Shown here piece after piece: positions 1 to 10,138 of a stretch of DNA of 44,640 nt. The notes below the pieces were generated by a model. The model ran no database searches, was not told where the DNA came from, and saw only the letters and a list, made by a program, of their open reading frames with translations. Location: the NCBI GenBank assembly GCA_964504105.1, contig CAZDDB010000003.1, forward strand, positions 1 to 44,640, written 5' to 3'. The stretch's first letter is position 1, and each line of letters opens with the position of its first letter. Source of the stretch: an uncultured Acidobacteriota bacterium. GTDB lineage: Bacteria; Acidobacteriota; HRBIN11; JAKEFK01. Both the position numbers and the translations under genes were made by a program.

Positions 1-97
1 AAAAAACAACGATTTGGTGTACAGTACTACAAAGCTACGGAATTTTTCTCTAATTCTTTTTCTCTTCCTTTCCGTGTATTCCGTGCTTAAGAGCGTT

Positions 98-1003
98 ATG
101 AAGACGGATGAATTGGAACAGCGAATCCGCAGACTCAGACTGACCGCGAGACGCCTGATCCACACATTCGGGGAAGGCAGTTTTCGTACATTGTTTCACG
201 GACGCGGAATTGAGTTTGCAACGCTGCGCGAATATGTGCCCGGTGACGACATCCGCCGTATTGAATGGAATACTACGGCGCGGCGCGGCACCCCTTTCGT
301 AAAGACGTTCATCGAGGAACGGGACCTCTCCGTGATGCTCGTGATCGATCTGAGCTCTTCCATGGAAATCAAGATGGAAGCGTTGTCGCAGATCGTTGCA
401 GTCTTGACAACACTTGCAAACTTTCTTGATGACCGGATCGGCTGTCTGGGGTTTTCCGATAAAGTGGAGTTCTATCTACCGCCAGTACGAAATGAGATGC
501 AGCCCGAACGACTGCTCCATCAACTGTTGCAGCACAAATCGCGAAGCCGGAAAACATCCATCGCCGCAGCTCTCGGATTCTTGAGGCGTGTTTTGAAAAA
601 ACATACAATCCTTTTTCTGATCTCCGACTTCCTGGACCGGAACTTTGAAATTCCTCTTCTTGCCATTTCAAAGAAGCACGAAGTTGTCGGACTTCAACTC
701 TATGATTCCTCGGAAGCAAGCCTGCGGCCTTCGGTGGTCATTGATGGAATCGATCCCGAAACAGGACGCCGGTTTTTGATGGACGGTTACGATGCGAAAA
801 CGCGTCACGCATACCGCGAGTTCTTTCATCAGCAAAAGAAGCTGATACTCAAAGCGTTTCAGCGAGCAGGTGCGGATTTGCTCTCGCTGCCCTGCGGAAC
901 TGGTGTGGAGCTCCAGTTGATTGAATTTCTACGGCGAAGGCAGAGTTCCCGCGGCCCGCTCCATCAAGTTCCGGAGGGGCGGGCCTCCGTGCCCGCCACG
1001 TAG
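98..1003 (+). CDS. DUF58 family (VWA-like) protein, MoxR/Bat-type operon member
   Basis: ORF 14..1003. DUF58 signature LREYVPGDDIRRIEWNTTARRGTPFVKTFIEERD, then VMLVIDLSSSM. ATG 98 preferred over TTG 14, but the frame stays open to the window edge, so the start is uncertain. The last codons (EGRASVPAT) are encoded by the REP-like motif at 976..997. Confidence 0.85.
   Translation: MKTDELEQRIRRLRLTARRLIHTFGEGSFRTLFHGRGIEFATLREYVPGDDIRRIEWNTTARRGTPFVKTFIEERDLSVMLVIDLSSSMEIKMEALSQIVAVLTTLANFLDDRIGCLGFSDKVEFYLPPVRNEMQPERLLHQLLQHKSRSRKTSIAAALGFLRRVLKKHTILFLISDFLDRNFEIPLLAISKKHEVVGLQLYDSSEASLRPSVVIDGIDPETGRRFLMDGYDAKTRHAYREFFHQQKKLILKAFQRAGADLLSLPCGTGVELQLIEFLRRRQSSRGPLHQVPEGRASVPAT
976..997 (+). 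repeat. REP-like motif family A (GGGGCGGGCCTCCGTGCCCGCC), single copy
   Basis: Same core as 13927..13947 (+) and, reverse-complemented, 13984..14004 and 19920..19940. Lies in the 3' end of the DUF58 CDS. Confidence 0.7.
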
Positions 1004-1017
1004 GGAAATGCCGGGTC

Positions 1018-1422
1018 CTAGTGGCCGTTACCGTGGCTGTTCGAATTCTTCTTCTTCGAAACCAATTCCACTTGATCCGAAAGCGTAGCGGCGTGTTCAC
1101 CCGCTCCTAAGCTAACGGAAATGTTCACTACCTGTCCCGCTTCCACGTCACCGAGTGTGGCCAGAACTTCGCTTTTCCTGAAGAAAGCCTTCACCTTGTG
1201 GGCACTTGCCTTTACTTTCAGGGGTTCGATACCGTTCATCCGGATGTTGGAAGCCTCAAAGGTCTTTCCATCCACATTCAGAATCTCTGCTTTCACCCTG
1301 CCTTTGCCCTTCCCATTGATATTCCACGAATGAGGAAGAATGCGAAGCTCTGCTTCGGCACTCGCATAAGCGGCCGATACGAGAATGAACAAAACAAACA
1401 GAGAAATAATTTTTCTTTTCAT
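1018..1422 (-). CDS. small secreted protein, unknown function
   Basis: 134-aa ORF with signal peptide MKRKIISLFVLFILVSAAYASA. AGGAG lies 6 nt upstream of the ATG on the minus strand. Opposite orientation to the flanking Bat-type genes. Confidence 0.6.
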   Translation of the reverse strand: MKRKIISLFVLFILVSAAYASAEAELRILPHSWNINGKGKGRVKAEILNVDGKTFEASNIRMNGIEPLKVKASAHKVKAFFRKSEVLATLGDVEAGQVVNISVSLGAGEHAATLSDQVELVSKKKNSNSHGNGH

Positions 1423-1433
1423 CGAAAGCTCCT

Positions 1434-2285
1434 ATGAAAGTAATTTATAATACAGGCGTGCGGTTTGCAAGGGAAATCTTTCTTTTTCTGTCACTGATTA
1501 TGCTACAGAATGTGGGTATCGCAGAGCCGCAGATCCATCAGTTTTTCCCCGCACGTACAGTCCTGCTAGGTCAACCACTTTTCTGGACCATCAAAATACA
1601 TTATCCACTCTGGGAGTCGTACACGCTCCAGGTGCAGCCTTGCGCGGGAGCGCGCATCGAGATTGCGGATCAACGGATCGCGGAAGAACAGGGCGAAATT
1701 GCATCGACCTACAGATTGAAAATCGTTCCTGAAGATCTGAAGGTAACGGGAACGCCGTCCGTTCTGATCACCGGTCGAAACGGACAGAGCATCGTGCTAA
1801 ATGGAAAACCTGTCGTGGTGGGGAATATCAGCGGATCATCGCTCGAGATCCGGAATGCTTCGGCGCCACATTTCAAACAGATCAGAATCGCGGGAAGCAG
1901 CGCAACATTCTATCTTACGATTTTTCTTGGTGCGGCAGGATTGACGACGCTGTTCTGGCTCCGGCGTCGCGCACGGACCCCCAGACAGGTTCTGTTGTGT
2001 GAATTCGGACGGTCTCAACTGGAAATGCAAAAGCAGCATCTTCCTTTCGCATTGTGGAGTCATTTGCGATCGGAACTGCTGTGGGGCTTTTCGGCGGAAG
2101 CCTGTACGGCGCATCAGCTCAAAGAGGCGGCAGGATCGAACGCGCGTCTTGTCCTGGTTGCGGAGGCGCTTCAAATCATGGAACAGATGAGGTACTCGGG
2201 GGAAAAATCGTTTCGCCCGGATCCTGTCATCCGGAAGGCCGTCACGGCGGCGGTCGAACTGGCGCAAAAAGGAGGCAGACGATGA
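1434..2285 (+). CDS. membrane protein of the Bat-like operon (signal peptide, Ig-like ectodomain, one TM, cytoplasmic tail; BatD/DUF4381-like position)
   Basis: 283-aa ORF. Hydrophobic N-terminus FAREIFLFLSLIMLQNVGIA, TM FYLTIFLGAAGLTTLFWL followed by RRRAR. Stop overlaps the batA-like ATG (ATGA at 2282..2285). No SD before ATG 1434, so the start is uncertain. Confidence 0.55.
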   Translation: MKVIYNTGVRFAREIFLFLSLIMLQNVGIAEPQIHQFFPARTVLLGQPLFWTIKIHYPLWESYTLQVQPCAGARIEIADQRIAEEQGEIASTYRLKIVPEDLKVTGTPSVLITGRNGQSIVLNGKPVVVGNISGSSLEIRNASAPHFKQIRIAGSSATFYLTIFLGAAGLTTLFWLRRRARTPRQVLLCEFGRSQLEMQKQHLPFALWSHLRSELLWGFSAEACTAHQLKEAAGSNARLVLVAEALQIMEQMRYSGEKSFRPDPVIRKAVTAAVELAQKGGRR

Positions 2286-3268
2286 GCTTTCTGCGCCCCT
2301 GGATCTTCTGGCTTCTGCCGCTGTATCTTGGGCTGGAGGCGCTGCTCTACTATAGAATTAGAAGCCATTCGTTGAGTCTTCCCACAGCGGGGTTTGTGGG
2401 AGCGAGGGAAACCTGGCGCACGCGTATACTTCGCCGGATGCGCTTGCTGCCTGTCCTGGCAGGCGCGTTGATCCTGGCTTCTCTTTCCGGACCACAACAG
2501 GTGGAAACCCGCCAGGAGACGCTTCCGTCGGGAATTGACATCCTGGTGGCGCTCGATGTTTCCGGATCGATGGCGGCGGAGGATTTTCAACCGCTCAACC
2601 GGCTCGAAGTGGCGAAGGATGTATTGCGCGATTTTATCCGCGGACGTCCTTCCGACCGCATCGGTCTGACGGTGTTTGCAGGCAAGAGCATCACACGATG
2701 CCCGCTGACGCTGGAACACGAGCCTCTGATCCGTACCGTGGAAACTTTGCGGATGGGGGATTTACCGGAAGGAACAGCAATCGGGTCCGCGATCATGAGC
2801 GGATTCAACCGCCTTACACAGCAGGCTGCCTCCTCCACCGGTGACCGGATCCTGCTGCTGATTACGGATGGCCGCAGCAACGCCGGTGAAATCCATCCAC
2901 GGGACGCACTCGCGCTCGCAGTCCAGCAAAAGATCAAGATCTATACAATCGGAGTGGGGAGCTACGGAAAGGTTCCATTCCCGGTCGCCATGCCTGACGG
3001 AAAGAAAAGCTACCGGTACGAAACTGTCGACATTGACGAAACTCTGTTGCGCGAAATCGCAGACCGCTCCGGAGGAAAATACTTTCGCGCAACGGACCCG
3101 AAATCGCTCCAGTTCCTTTTTGAACAAATCAATCAGCTCGAAGCATCCGAGCCAAAGGTGATCGAAACACGAACGACCCAGGATCGCGCCTCGCGTTTCG
3201 CAGTACCTGCGATGGTTCTTGTGTTCTGTTATACATTACTTACTACATTTATAGTACGATTACCATGA
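2282..3268 (+). CDS. batA: VWA domain membrane protein, BatA-like
   Basis: Inner ATG of ORF 2054..3268 (MSFLRPWIFWLLPLYLGL). MIDAS-type DILVALDVSGSM, then GTAIGSAI and LLLITDGRSNAG. C-terminal TM. ATGA overlaps at both ends. Confidence 0.85.
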   Translation: MSFLRPWIFWLLPLYLGLEALLYYRIRSHSLSLPTAGFVGARETWRTRILRRMRLLPVLAGALILASLSGPQQVETRQETLPSGIDILVALDVSGSMAAEDFQPLNRLEVAKDVLRDFIRGRPSDRIGLTVFAGKSITRCPLTLEHEPLIRTVETLRMGDLPEGTAIGSAIMSGFNRLTQQAASSTGDRILLLITDGRSNAGEIHPRDALALAVQQKIKIYTIGVGSYGKVPFPVAMPDGKKSYRYETVDIDETLLREIADRSGGKYFRATDPKSLQFLFEQINQLEASEPKVIETRTTQDRASRFAVPAMVLVFCYTLLTTFIVRLP

Positions 3269-4620
3269 ATTTTCAATTTCCCTGGCTGCTTTTGGGGCTC
3301 TTGCCGCTGGCCGTTTTTTGGTGGACCCATGCAAGAAGGAGTGTCTCGCCGCAAGAGAAGGCGCGCTTCCCGTTGCTGATCGCGTCTCTTGTTTGTCTGG
3401 TTGTAACCCTGGCGAACCCTTACTGGAGCACGGTCCCGGAGAAGCGCTTGGTGAAAGGGGTGGACCTGGTCCTTCTGGTGGATGTTTCGCAAAGCATGTT
3501 TTGTCCCGTGGAAGGCTCGCAACGCAGAATCGATCAGGTGCGGAGTTTTACCCGGAGTATCCTTCCGCAATTTAGCGGGAGTCAGGCCGCTCTCGTTTAT
3601 TTTGCGGGGGATGCGCAGATCGGATGTCCGTTTACAGCGGACCTCAATGCCGTAATCCTGTTTATGGATTCTATTTCCCCGAACATGACTTCAAAACCGG
3701 GGACACAATCCGCTCCGTTGCGGGAAGTGCTCAACGGGATGATCCATCCTTCCGCCATGGAACCAAAACAGACACTGGCGCTGCTTTTTAGCGACGGTGA
3801 ATTCTTTGATTCCACAGAGGCCCTCCAAAGCTGGGGGAAGGAGCAAGAGCGTTTCTCGCTGTTCACGTTCCTTTGCGGCAAGGGAAAAGCAGCCGTGCCC
3901 GAATACAATAATCTCTCCAAAACGCATCCCAATGCTGTCAGCGCAGTGCGGCCGGAAACACTTCAGTCACTTTCACCGGAACACTCCTATGATCTGAACC
4001 AGGCGCCATCGGAAGCTCTGGCACGCGCTGTGGCCGGTACCGTGCGCGAAATGCTTACGCGCGGGCGGCAGGTTCCGCAATACCGCCAGACTCCGTTTCT
4101 AATTCTGGCCGTGCTCCTGCTCCTTGCCTATCAGGCTTTTCCCGCGCTCCGTTTTCGAAGAAACACGCTGACTGCCGCGCTGGCAACATCTCTACTGGTG
4201 ATGACATCCCTTTCGATGAAACCGGAAGAGAGCTTTTCGAAGGCGATCGAAAACGCCGCGCAGGGGCGTTCCAATCAGGCGCTGGAGGCGTTGAAAAAGC
4301 TCCAGCAAGAAGGGGCATCGGAAGAAGTGGAAATCGCAATCGGTAACATTCACTTTCAACAAGAGAAATTCGATGAGGCGATTCAATATTACCGGCAGGC
4401 GCTACAGCGAAACCCGGCGAACCAGACAGCCCGCTGGAACTGGGAGGTAGCGTTAAAACGGAAAACGCATCCGGAGAATCCACCGCCCAAACCGTCGCCG
4501 CAGGCTGCACCGCTACCGCAGGAAACCAGAGCTTTGCTTCGATATTTTGATCAACAAGAAAGAGAGCAGATACAACTCACCAACTCGATCAATGCAAACA
4601 ACAACACCTTCGCCTGGTAA
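3265..4620 (+). CDS. batB: VWA plus TPR membrane protein, BatB-like
   Basis: N-terminal TMs, VDLVLLVDVSQSM, an internal TM, and a C-terminal TPR (IAIGNIHFQQEKFDEAIQYYRQALQRNPANQTARWNWEVAL). Confidence 0.75.
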   Translation: MNFQFPWLLLGLLPLAVFWWTHARRSVSPQEKARFPLLIASLVCLVVTLANPYWSTVPEKRLVKGVDLVLLVDVSQSMFCPVEGSQRRIDQVRSFTRSILPQFSGSQAALVYFAGDAQIGCPFTADLNAVILFMDSISPNMTSKPGTQSAPLREVLNGMIHPSAMEPKQTLALLFSDGEFFDSTEALQSWGKEQERFSLFTFLCGKGKAAVPEYNNLSKTHPNAVSAVRPETLQSLSPEHSYDLNQAPSEALARAVAGTVREMLTRGRQVPQYRQTPFLILAVLLLLAYQAFPALRFRRNTLTAALATSLLVMTSLSMKPEESFSKAIENAAQGRSNQALEALKKLQQEGASEEVEIAIGNIHFQQEKFDEAIQYYRQALQRNPANQTARWNWEVALKRKTHPENPPPKPSPQAAPLPQETRALLRYFDQQEREQIQLTNSINANNNTFAW

Positions 4621-6241
4621 ACGCCAGCACTCCGTCTGGAGGCTCGCGTTCGCGTTGCTGCTGCTGTCCGCGCCGCTGTTTGCGGACGGATTGTTAATGA
4701 CCCTGAGCGTCGAATCATCCAGACTTGCATGGCAGGATGACTTTATTCTGACCCTGGAGATTTACGGCGCGCCCGCCGAGAATCCGCCGGACGTTACCAT
4801 CGATGGTCTGGACCAGTTCGAACTAAAGGGAATCGGCAGAAATCTCTTGCAAATTCCACGGGGCAAGACTGCAAAGTGGATTCTGACGTACAACCTCACT
4901 GCGGGCCACGGGGGCGAATTCAAGCTCGGACCGGCCGCAGCTCCCGCGAACGGGAAAATGTACCGGTCGAATACGCTGTTTGTGACCGTGGAAGGACCGC
5001 GCGCGCAGAAGCCGGACGAAAAACCAACGCAAAAACCCGCGGTTCCTGCAACGCCGCTCATTCGCTCTGCAGCAGAAATTGGAAACAAGATCCTCATCCG
5101 GATGGAAGCCTCCAAAGAAAGGGTGTATCACGGAGAGGGAATTCCCGTGACTCTACGGCTGCTGTCGCAACTGCCGGTAGAGAACCTGCGCTTTCAGGCG
5201 GAAGCAGAGTTTCCGGGTTTTGTGAAATACGACTTCCCCTTCACTACTCAACCGAAGGCCGAATGGAGACAGTACGAAAAAGCAAAGTACGCAAGTTATG
5301 ACCTCCAGAAGTTTCTTGTGTTCCCATTAAGAGACGGTCGGCTTGAAATCCAACCGGTGCGTTGTCAGTTGAAAGTACGTGTGCCTTCGGGCGCCTTTGA
5401 GGCCACTGACCTGAGATTGGATGTAGACCGGAGCTCGAATGGCTTGAAGATGCAGGTGTTTCCCCTGAGAGAGGTTTCCGTGGTCGGGAACTTTACGGCC
5501 CGAAGCACAATCGCACTGGATGCTCCTCAATCCAAGATCATCCGCCGGATTCTGGAAGGAGAAGGGCAGCTGACCACGTTCGATTTTCCAGAGCAGGATA
5601 GCGCCCAATTCCGCGCAAAGGTGCTCTCCACGAATACCAGCGCCACAATCAAAGGGGAGAAACTCCGGAGTCGCAAAGTGACCGAAGTGGAAATCACACC
5701 GTTGGATCGTACTACATCAATCATACTACCAGAACTCCGGATCCGGCAGTTTGATCCCGAGGCCAGGCACTATTCTACCCTGACGCTTCCTGCCCTACCG
5801 CTGCGGTTTACTCCACCCGGTCTTCCATCTCCTGTCCCGGTCCCGCTTCCCGATTTGCAAGGCCGTGCCGTGGATGTTGCGTTTGCAGTTCTGCTTCTTT
5901 CAACCGCAGCAGCCCTGGTTGTTTTGTTTCGCCCAAAGCAAAAGAGGCGGGTGTTACGGCTCCGGCGGTTGTTTCACCGCAAGAATCCGGGATTGCAGAT
6001 CTCACGCAACGCCGCACACATTCTGTATCAACAAATCATGCAGGAAATTTCCAGCCACGATGGCGGTGCAGTATCCCTCATTGAAACGCTGCGGGGACAT
6101 CTGCCGCAAGAAGAGTGGCTGAACTTCGAGCGCGCTTTCCGCAGATTGGAGTCGACCGCATTTTCGCAGACCAGGACACCGACGTTAACCTACTCGGAAT
6201 TGAAACGGGTGTGCGAACGCGTGGAGAGGTTCTGGCGATGA
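4592..6241 (+). CDS. batD: BatD-like (oxygen-tolerance family) membrane protein
   Basis: ORF 4547..6241. ATG 4592 gives the signal peptide RLAFALLLLSAPLFADG. Long beta-rich ectodomain, C-terminal TM VAFAVLLLSTAAALVVLF followed by a basic stretch. Start uncertain (TTG 4547 versus ATG 4592). Confidence 0.7.
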   Translation: MQTTTPSPGKRQHSVWRLAFALLLLSAPLFADGLLMTLSVESSRLAWQDDFILTLEIYGAPAENPPDVTIDGLDQFELKGIGRNLLQIPRGKTAKWILTYNLTAGHGGEFKLGPAAAPANGKMYRSNTLFVTVEGPRAQKPDEKPTQKPAVPATPLIRSAAEIGNKILIRMEASKERVYHGEGIPVTLRLLSQLPVENLRFQAEAEFPGFVKYDFPFTTQPKAEWRQYEKAKYASYDLQKFLVFPLRDGRLEIQPVRCQLKVRVPSGAFEATDLRLDVDRSSNGLKMQVFPLREVSVVGNFTARSTIALDAPQSKIIRRILEGEGQLTTFDFPEQDSAQFRAKVLSTNTSATIKGEKLRSRKVTEVEITPLDRTTSIILPELRIRQFDPEARHYSTLTLPALPLRFTPPGLPSPVPVPLPDLQGRAVDVAFAVLLLSTAAALVVLFRPKQKRRVLRLRRLFHRKNPGLQISRNAAHILYQQIMQEISSHDGGAVSLIETLRGHLPQEEWLNFERAFRRLESTAFSQTRTPTLTYSELKRVCERVERFWR

Positions 6242-6738
6242 ACATCCAGCGAAGATTGGTGATCCGGCTTGTCCTTCTACTGCCGTTCCTTTTGCTGCTG
6301 GCGCTTTCGTTTGACTCTTTGCGGCGGGGAAAGCCCGGAGCGTGGCACGACCGGTGCGTGGAATTCTGGAACAACCGGCAATGGCATGAGATCCGTGCGC
6401 TGGGAGACAATTTGCATCAGATCGGGTTCTCGGATGCCGAAACACTTTCGTTTGCCATGCTGGCTTCTGAGCAGCTGCACAGTCCGGATGACGTCACACT
6501 CTTTGCGCAGCGCCTGCTCAAGAAGAGACCTCTGAACTGGAAAATGGAAATCGAGACAGCCCGCCTCTTTCAACCCGGATCTCTTTCCGGAAAGACTGCC
6601 CTCTTCCGTACCCGGATGATCATCGGTCTTTTTGGCGTCCTGTCATTCCTTCACCTCCTCTCCCTTTCCGGCCATCGAGACTTTCTCCCCTGGATCTCGC
6701 TTCTGTCCATCGCCGGCTGCCTGCTGGTGGTCCTGTGA
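6238..6738 (+). CDS. hypothetical membrane protein, last gene of the Bat-like operon
   Basis: Inner ATG of ORF 6115..6738 overlaps the batD-like stop (ATGA). N-terminal TM LVIRLVLLLPFLLLLALSF and two C-terminal TMs. Confidence 0.55.
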   Translation: MNIQRRLVIRLVLLLPFLLLLALSFDSLRRGKPGAWHDRCVEFWNNRQWHEIRALGDNLHQIGFSDAETLSFAMLASEQLHSPDDVTLFAQRLLKKRPLNWKMEIETARLFQPGSLSGKTALFRTRMIIGLFGVLSFLHLLSLSGHRDFLPWISLLSIAGCLLVVL

Positions 6739-6750
6739 CTGCCGGCGGGA

Positions 6751-6769
6751 GGGTGGACGCCGTCCACCC
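6751..6769. repeat. GC-rich self-complementary unit GGGTGGACGCCGTCCACCC (terminator-like hairpin)
   Basis: Begins 13 nt after the stop at 6738. 8-9 bp stem with no U-tract. Same design as the other GC-rich palindromic units in the window. Confidence 0.45.
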
Positions 6770-6816
6770 CTCGTCATGATCCAGAGGGGTGGTATGATTC
6801 TGTTATGTTGCGAAAA

Positions 6817-6897
6817 GAGGATTTCTCGCAAAGACGCAAAACCGCCAAGGGAAGAAAAATTAAGCTTTGCGCCCTGGCGTCTTTGCGAGAAATCCTC
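6817..6897. repeat. REP-like hairpin family D (21-bp perfect inverted repeat)
   Basis: GAGGATTTCTCGCAAAGACGC (6817..6837) and its exact reverse complement GCGTCTTTGCGAGAAATCCTC (6877..6897). The 39-nt spacer is itself partly self-complementary. Confidence 0.8.
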
Positions 6898-6951
6898 GGG
6901 AACCTTTTGGACGGTGGAACGTTTTATTATTCGGGAGTCGGTTGACGCTAT

Positions 6952-8208
6952 ATGTCTATTTTTAGAAAGAGAAAAAAACTCTGGATTTCGTTGACTCTGG
7001 TTGTACTGGTTCTTGTTTCTGCGGCCGCTTATTTTTCCAAAAATCGTAAAAAGCTGACGGAAGTTCAGGTGGACAAGGTAAGACGGCAACAGTTGATCTC
7101 CGAGGTGAATGCCTCGGGAAAGATCGAACCCAAGAAGGATGTGGATATCAGCGCCAGCATTGCGGGCAAGATCGTAAAGCTGGCTGTAGAAGAAGGAGAC
7201 CGTGTCAGCCAGGGTGACTTTTTACTTCAGATTGATCCGGCGCCGTACGAAGCGACAGTTGCCAATTCGAAAGCGGCACTAAGCGGGGCGCGTTCGGATC
7301 TGGAATCGGCGCGCGCGAGCTTGAAACAGACCGAACAAACCTACCGCAGAAAGGAAAAGATTTGGGAGGAGAGGTCGGGATTGATTTCTCAGGACGAATA
7401 CGAGCGCAGCAAAACCGATTACGAGGTGCAGCAAACGCGAGTCAACGCGGCCCAGCACCAGATCGAACAGGCGATCGCGAACCTGGCCCGCGCTCAGGAC
7501 GATCTGAACAAGACACGCGTGACCGCTCCGATGAGTGGAATCGTTGTGCGGCGCGCCGTGGAAGAAGGCGAAGTCGCCGTGATCGGCACCATGAACAATC
7601 CGGGCACGGTTCTTCTCACCATCGCGGACCTCTCTGTCATGGAAGCGGAGCTCGAAGTAGATGAAACGGACATCGGCTCAATCGAGCTCGGCCAAAAAGT
7701 AACCGTACTGGTAGACGCATTTCCCGGAAAGAAATTTAGCGGGGAGGTCACCGAAATCGGAAACAGCCCGATCGTGAAAGGCACGGGAACGAATCAGGAA
7801 GCCACCGACTTCAAAGTCACGATCACGCTTAAGAATCCGGATGTCAAACTTCGTCCCGGCCTCACTGCGGATGGAGAGATTGTAACCGCGGTGCGCGACA
7901 GTTGTCTTACCGTTCCCATCCAGGCGCTTGTCATCCGCGATATGAGCAAGGGAGACAAAGCGAAACATCTCCCCAAAGAAGAACGCGAGAAAGAGGGTGT
8001 ATTCGCCATGGCGGGGGGCAAGGCCGTTTTCAAACCTGTGAAAACCGGAGCGATGGGGGAGATGGACATTGAAGTCATGGAGGGGCTGAAGGTGAACGAG
8101 GAAATTGTGACGGGAACTTATCAAACGTTGCGCGAACTAAAAGACGGCGATGGGATCAAGATTCAAAAAGAAGAAGACAAAGACAAAAAGGAAATGAAGC
8201 AGCCGTGA
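6952..8208 (+). CDS. HlyD/MacA-type periplasmic adaptor of a tripartite efflux system
   Basis: N-terminal TM; lipoyl/coiled-coil pattern [38 protein letters not shown]; beta-barrel C-terminus. Confidence 0.85.
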   Translation: MSIFRKRKKLWISLTLVVLVLVSAAAYFSKNRKKLTEVQVDKVRRQQLISEVNASGKIEPKKDVDISASIAGKIVKLAVEEGDRVSQGDFLLQIDPAPYEATVANSKAALSGARSDLESARASLKQTEQTYRRKEKIWEERSGLISQDEYERSKTDYEVQQTRVNAAQHQIEQAIANLARAQDDLNKTRVTAPMSGIVVRRAVEEGEVAVIGTMNNPGTVLLTIADLSVMEAELEVDETDIGSIELGQKVTVLVDAFPGKKFSGEVTEIGNSPIVKGTGTNQEATDFKVTITLKNPDVKLRPGLTADGEIVTAVRDSCLTVPIQALVIRDMSKGDKAKHLPKEEREKEGVFAMAGGKAVFKPVKTGAMGEMDIEVMEGLKVNEEIVTGTYQTLRELKDGDGIKIQKEEDKDKKEMKQP

Positions 8209-8903
8209 TCATACGAACAAAGAATCTCACAAAAGCCTACCAGATGGGCGCCGAGGAAGTGAATGCTCTCAAAGGAGTAGATCTCGAAATCCAGAAAGGC
8301 GATTACATTGCGATCATGGGTCCCTCGGGTTCAGGAAAATCAACGTTGATGAACTTGATCGGTTGCCTGGACACCCCTTCTTCCGGAGAATACTGGTTGA
8401 ACGATCGCGCAGTCAACGCAATGACGGAAGATGAGCTGGCGCGGGTGCGCAACGAGGAAGTCGGATTTGTGTTTCAGTCGTTTCATCTGCTTCCCCGCTA
8501 TACCGCACTGGAAAACGTCCAGCTCCCGCTTGTGTATTCCAACACGGACCGCGAACAGCGGCTGAAGCGCGCAAAGCAGGCGCTCGAAGCAGTCGATCTT
8601 ACCGACCGCATGGGGCATCGTCCCAACCAGCTTTCGGGCGGACAGCGTCAACGCGTCGCAATTGCAAGAGCGCTCATCAACCATCCGTCCATTCTGCTGG
8701 CGGATGAACCCACAGGAAATCTGGATACGTCAACAGGTCAGGAAATTCTTGGGCTGTTCGACAGACTTCATAAATCTGGAAACACCATCATCCTGGTCAC
8801 GCACGAATCCGATGTGGCTGCGCATGCGCGCAGGGTGATTCATCTGCGTGACGGAAAAATCGAGCGCGACCAGATCAACGGAAAGACGGTTGCAGCATCA
8901 TGA
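8205..8903 (+). CDS. ABC transporter ATP-binding protein (MacB/LolD family)
   Basis: Walker [10 protein letters not shown], signature [15 protein letters not shown], Walker [16 protein letters not shown] start overlaps the upstream stop. Confidence 0.9.
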   Translation: MIIRTKNLTKAYQMGAEEVNALKGVDLEIQKGDYIAIMGPSGSGKSTLMNLIGCLDTPSSGEYWLNDRAVNAMTEDELARVRNEEVGFVFQSFHLLPRYTALENVQLPLVYSNTDREQRLKRAKQALEAVDLTDRMGHRPNQLSGGQRQRVAIARALINHPSILLADEPTGNLDTSTGQEILGLFDRLHKSGNTIILVTHESDVAAHARRVIHLRDGKIERDQINGKTVAAS

Positions 8904-10138
8904 ATTTCTGGGAAACATTCGGTCTCGTTTTTCACTCTTTCCGCACGAATAAACTCCGGGCGTTCCTCACGCTGCTTGGCGTGATCATCGGTGTAACAAC
9001 GGTCATCACGGTTGTCTCCATCGTTCGGGGGATGAACCGGTACGTCATCAGCACAATTACACAGGCGGGAAGTAATACGTTTCGTATTGACCGGTTTGGA
9101 ATCATTACAAGTCGAGAAGAATGGCTCGAGGCCATCAGGCGCAAGGATCTGACTACTGATGATCTGGAGGCTGTTCGGGAAAGCTGCGGGCTCTGTTCGG
9201 AAGTAGGCGGGTTCTCTATCGTTCCTTCGTTTATTAACGAGACTTTTGTCACCGTATCGGCGGGACGTGAATCGATCGAAGACCCGCGTGTGTTTGGTGT
9301 GACCGCAAACTACGTGCAAATCGCAAACAGAGAAATCACCAACGGCCGAAACCTCACCGAATCCGAGGTGCAGCATGCTGCCCCCGCGGCAGTAATCGGA
9401 TATGAGATCGCGCGAAATCTATTTCCGAATCTGGACCCGGTAGGAAAGACCCTCAGTATTAACGGGAGGCACTTCAGAATTGTCGGAGCATTGAAAAAGT
9501 ACGGGACAATATTTGGTGAGAATCAGGATACCGTGATTGGCATTCCGGTCACGGCATTTCAAAAAGTGTTTGGAAGACGCGAACCGGTTTTTATCATGGT
9601 CAAAGTGGACGATGGCGCCAGAATGAATGAAGCACAGGATCAGGCGCGCGTTGTGCTTCGGGGCCGTCATCACAGACGCACCGGAGACGATGACGGGTTT
9701 ACCATCATGTCCACCGACAACCTGATCCAGTTGTGGCGTTCCTTTTCTGCAGGGGCGTTCGCTGCCATGATCGGTATCGCATCGATTGCGCTTGTAGTCG
9801 GCGGAATCGTCATCATGAACATCATGCTCGTTTCGGTTGTCGAACGGACTTCGGAAATCGGACTGCGCAAAGCGATGGGTGCGCGTCCGCGCGATATCCG
9901 CAGGCAGTTCCTGCTGGAATCTGTGATCCTGGCGGTCACCGGTGGAATGATCGGCGTCTTGCTCGGGGCCGGTGCGGCCAAACTCGTTTCCATGCTCAGT
10001 CCGATGCCTTCCAGTCTGGAAGCAGGACCCGTAATGATGGGATTGTTGTTGGCCTCTTCCGTCGGATTGGTATCCGGGATGTGGCCGGCCATCAAGGCGG
10101 CCAAACTGGATCCGATTGTTGCATTGAGGACTGAATGA
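8900..10138 (+). CDS. ABC transporter permease, FtsX/MacB type
   Basis: 412 aa. N-terminal TM, large periplasmic domain, C-terminal FtsX block ([28 protein letters not shown]). ATGA overlaps. Confidence 0.85.
   Translation: MNFWETFGLVFHSFRTNKLRAFLTLLGVIIGVTTVITVVSIVRGMNRYVISTITQAGSNTFRIDRFGIITSREEWLEAIRRKDLTTDDLEAVRESCGLCSEVGGFSIVPSFINETFVTVSAGRESIEDPRVFGVTANYVQIANREITNGRNLTESEVQHAAPAAVIGYEIARNLFPNLDPVGKTLSINGRHFRIVGALKKYGTIFGENQDTVIGIPVTAFQKVFGRREPVFIMVKVDDGARMNEAQDQARVVLRGRHHRRTGDDDGFTIMSTDNLIQLWRSFSAGAFAAMIGIASIALVVGGIVIMNIMLVSVVERTSEIGLRKAMGARPRDIRRQFLLESVILAVTGGMIGVLLGAGAAKLVSMLSPMPSSLEAGPVMMGLLLASSVGLVSGMWPAIKAAKLDPIVALRTE

Noticed and set aside
2054-2281. N-terminal extensions of ORFs (also 14..97, 6115..6237, 15488..15553, 22704..22790, 30976..31035, 33463..33546, 36590..36715, 39686..39787)
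   Set aside because: These extensions overlap the preceding gene or lack protein-like sequence. The inner starts restore signal peptides, conserved N-termini, SD sequences or ATGA-type coupling.
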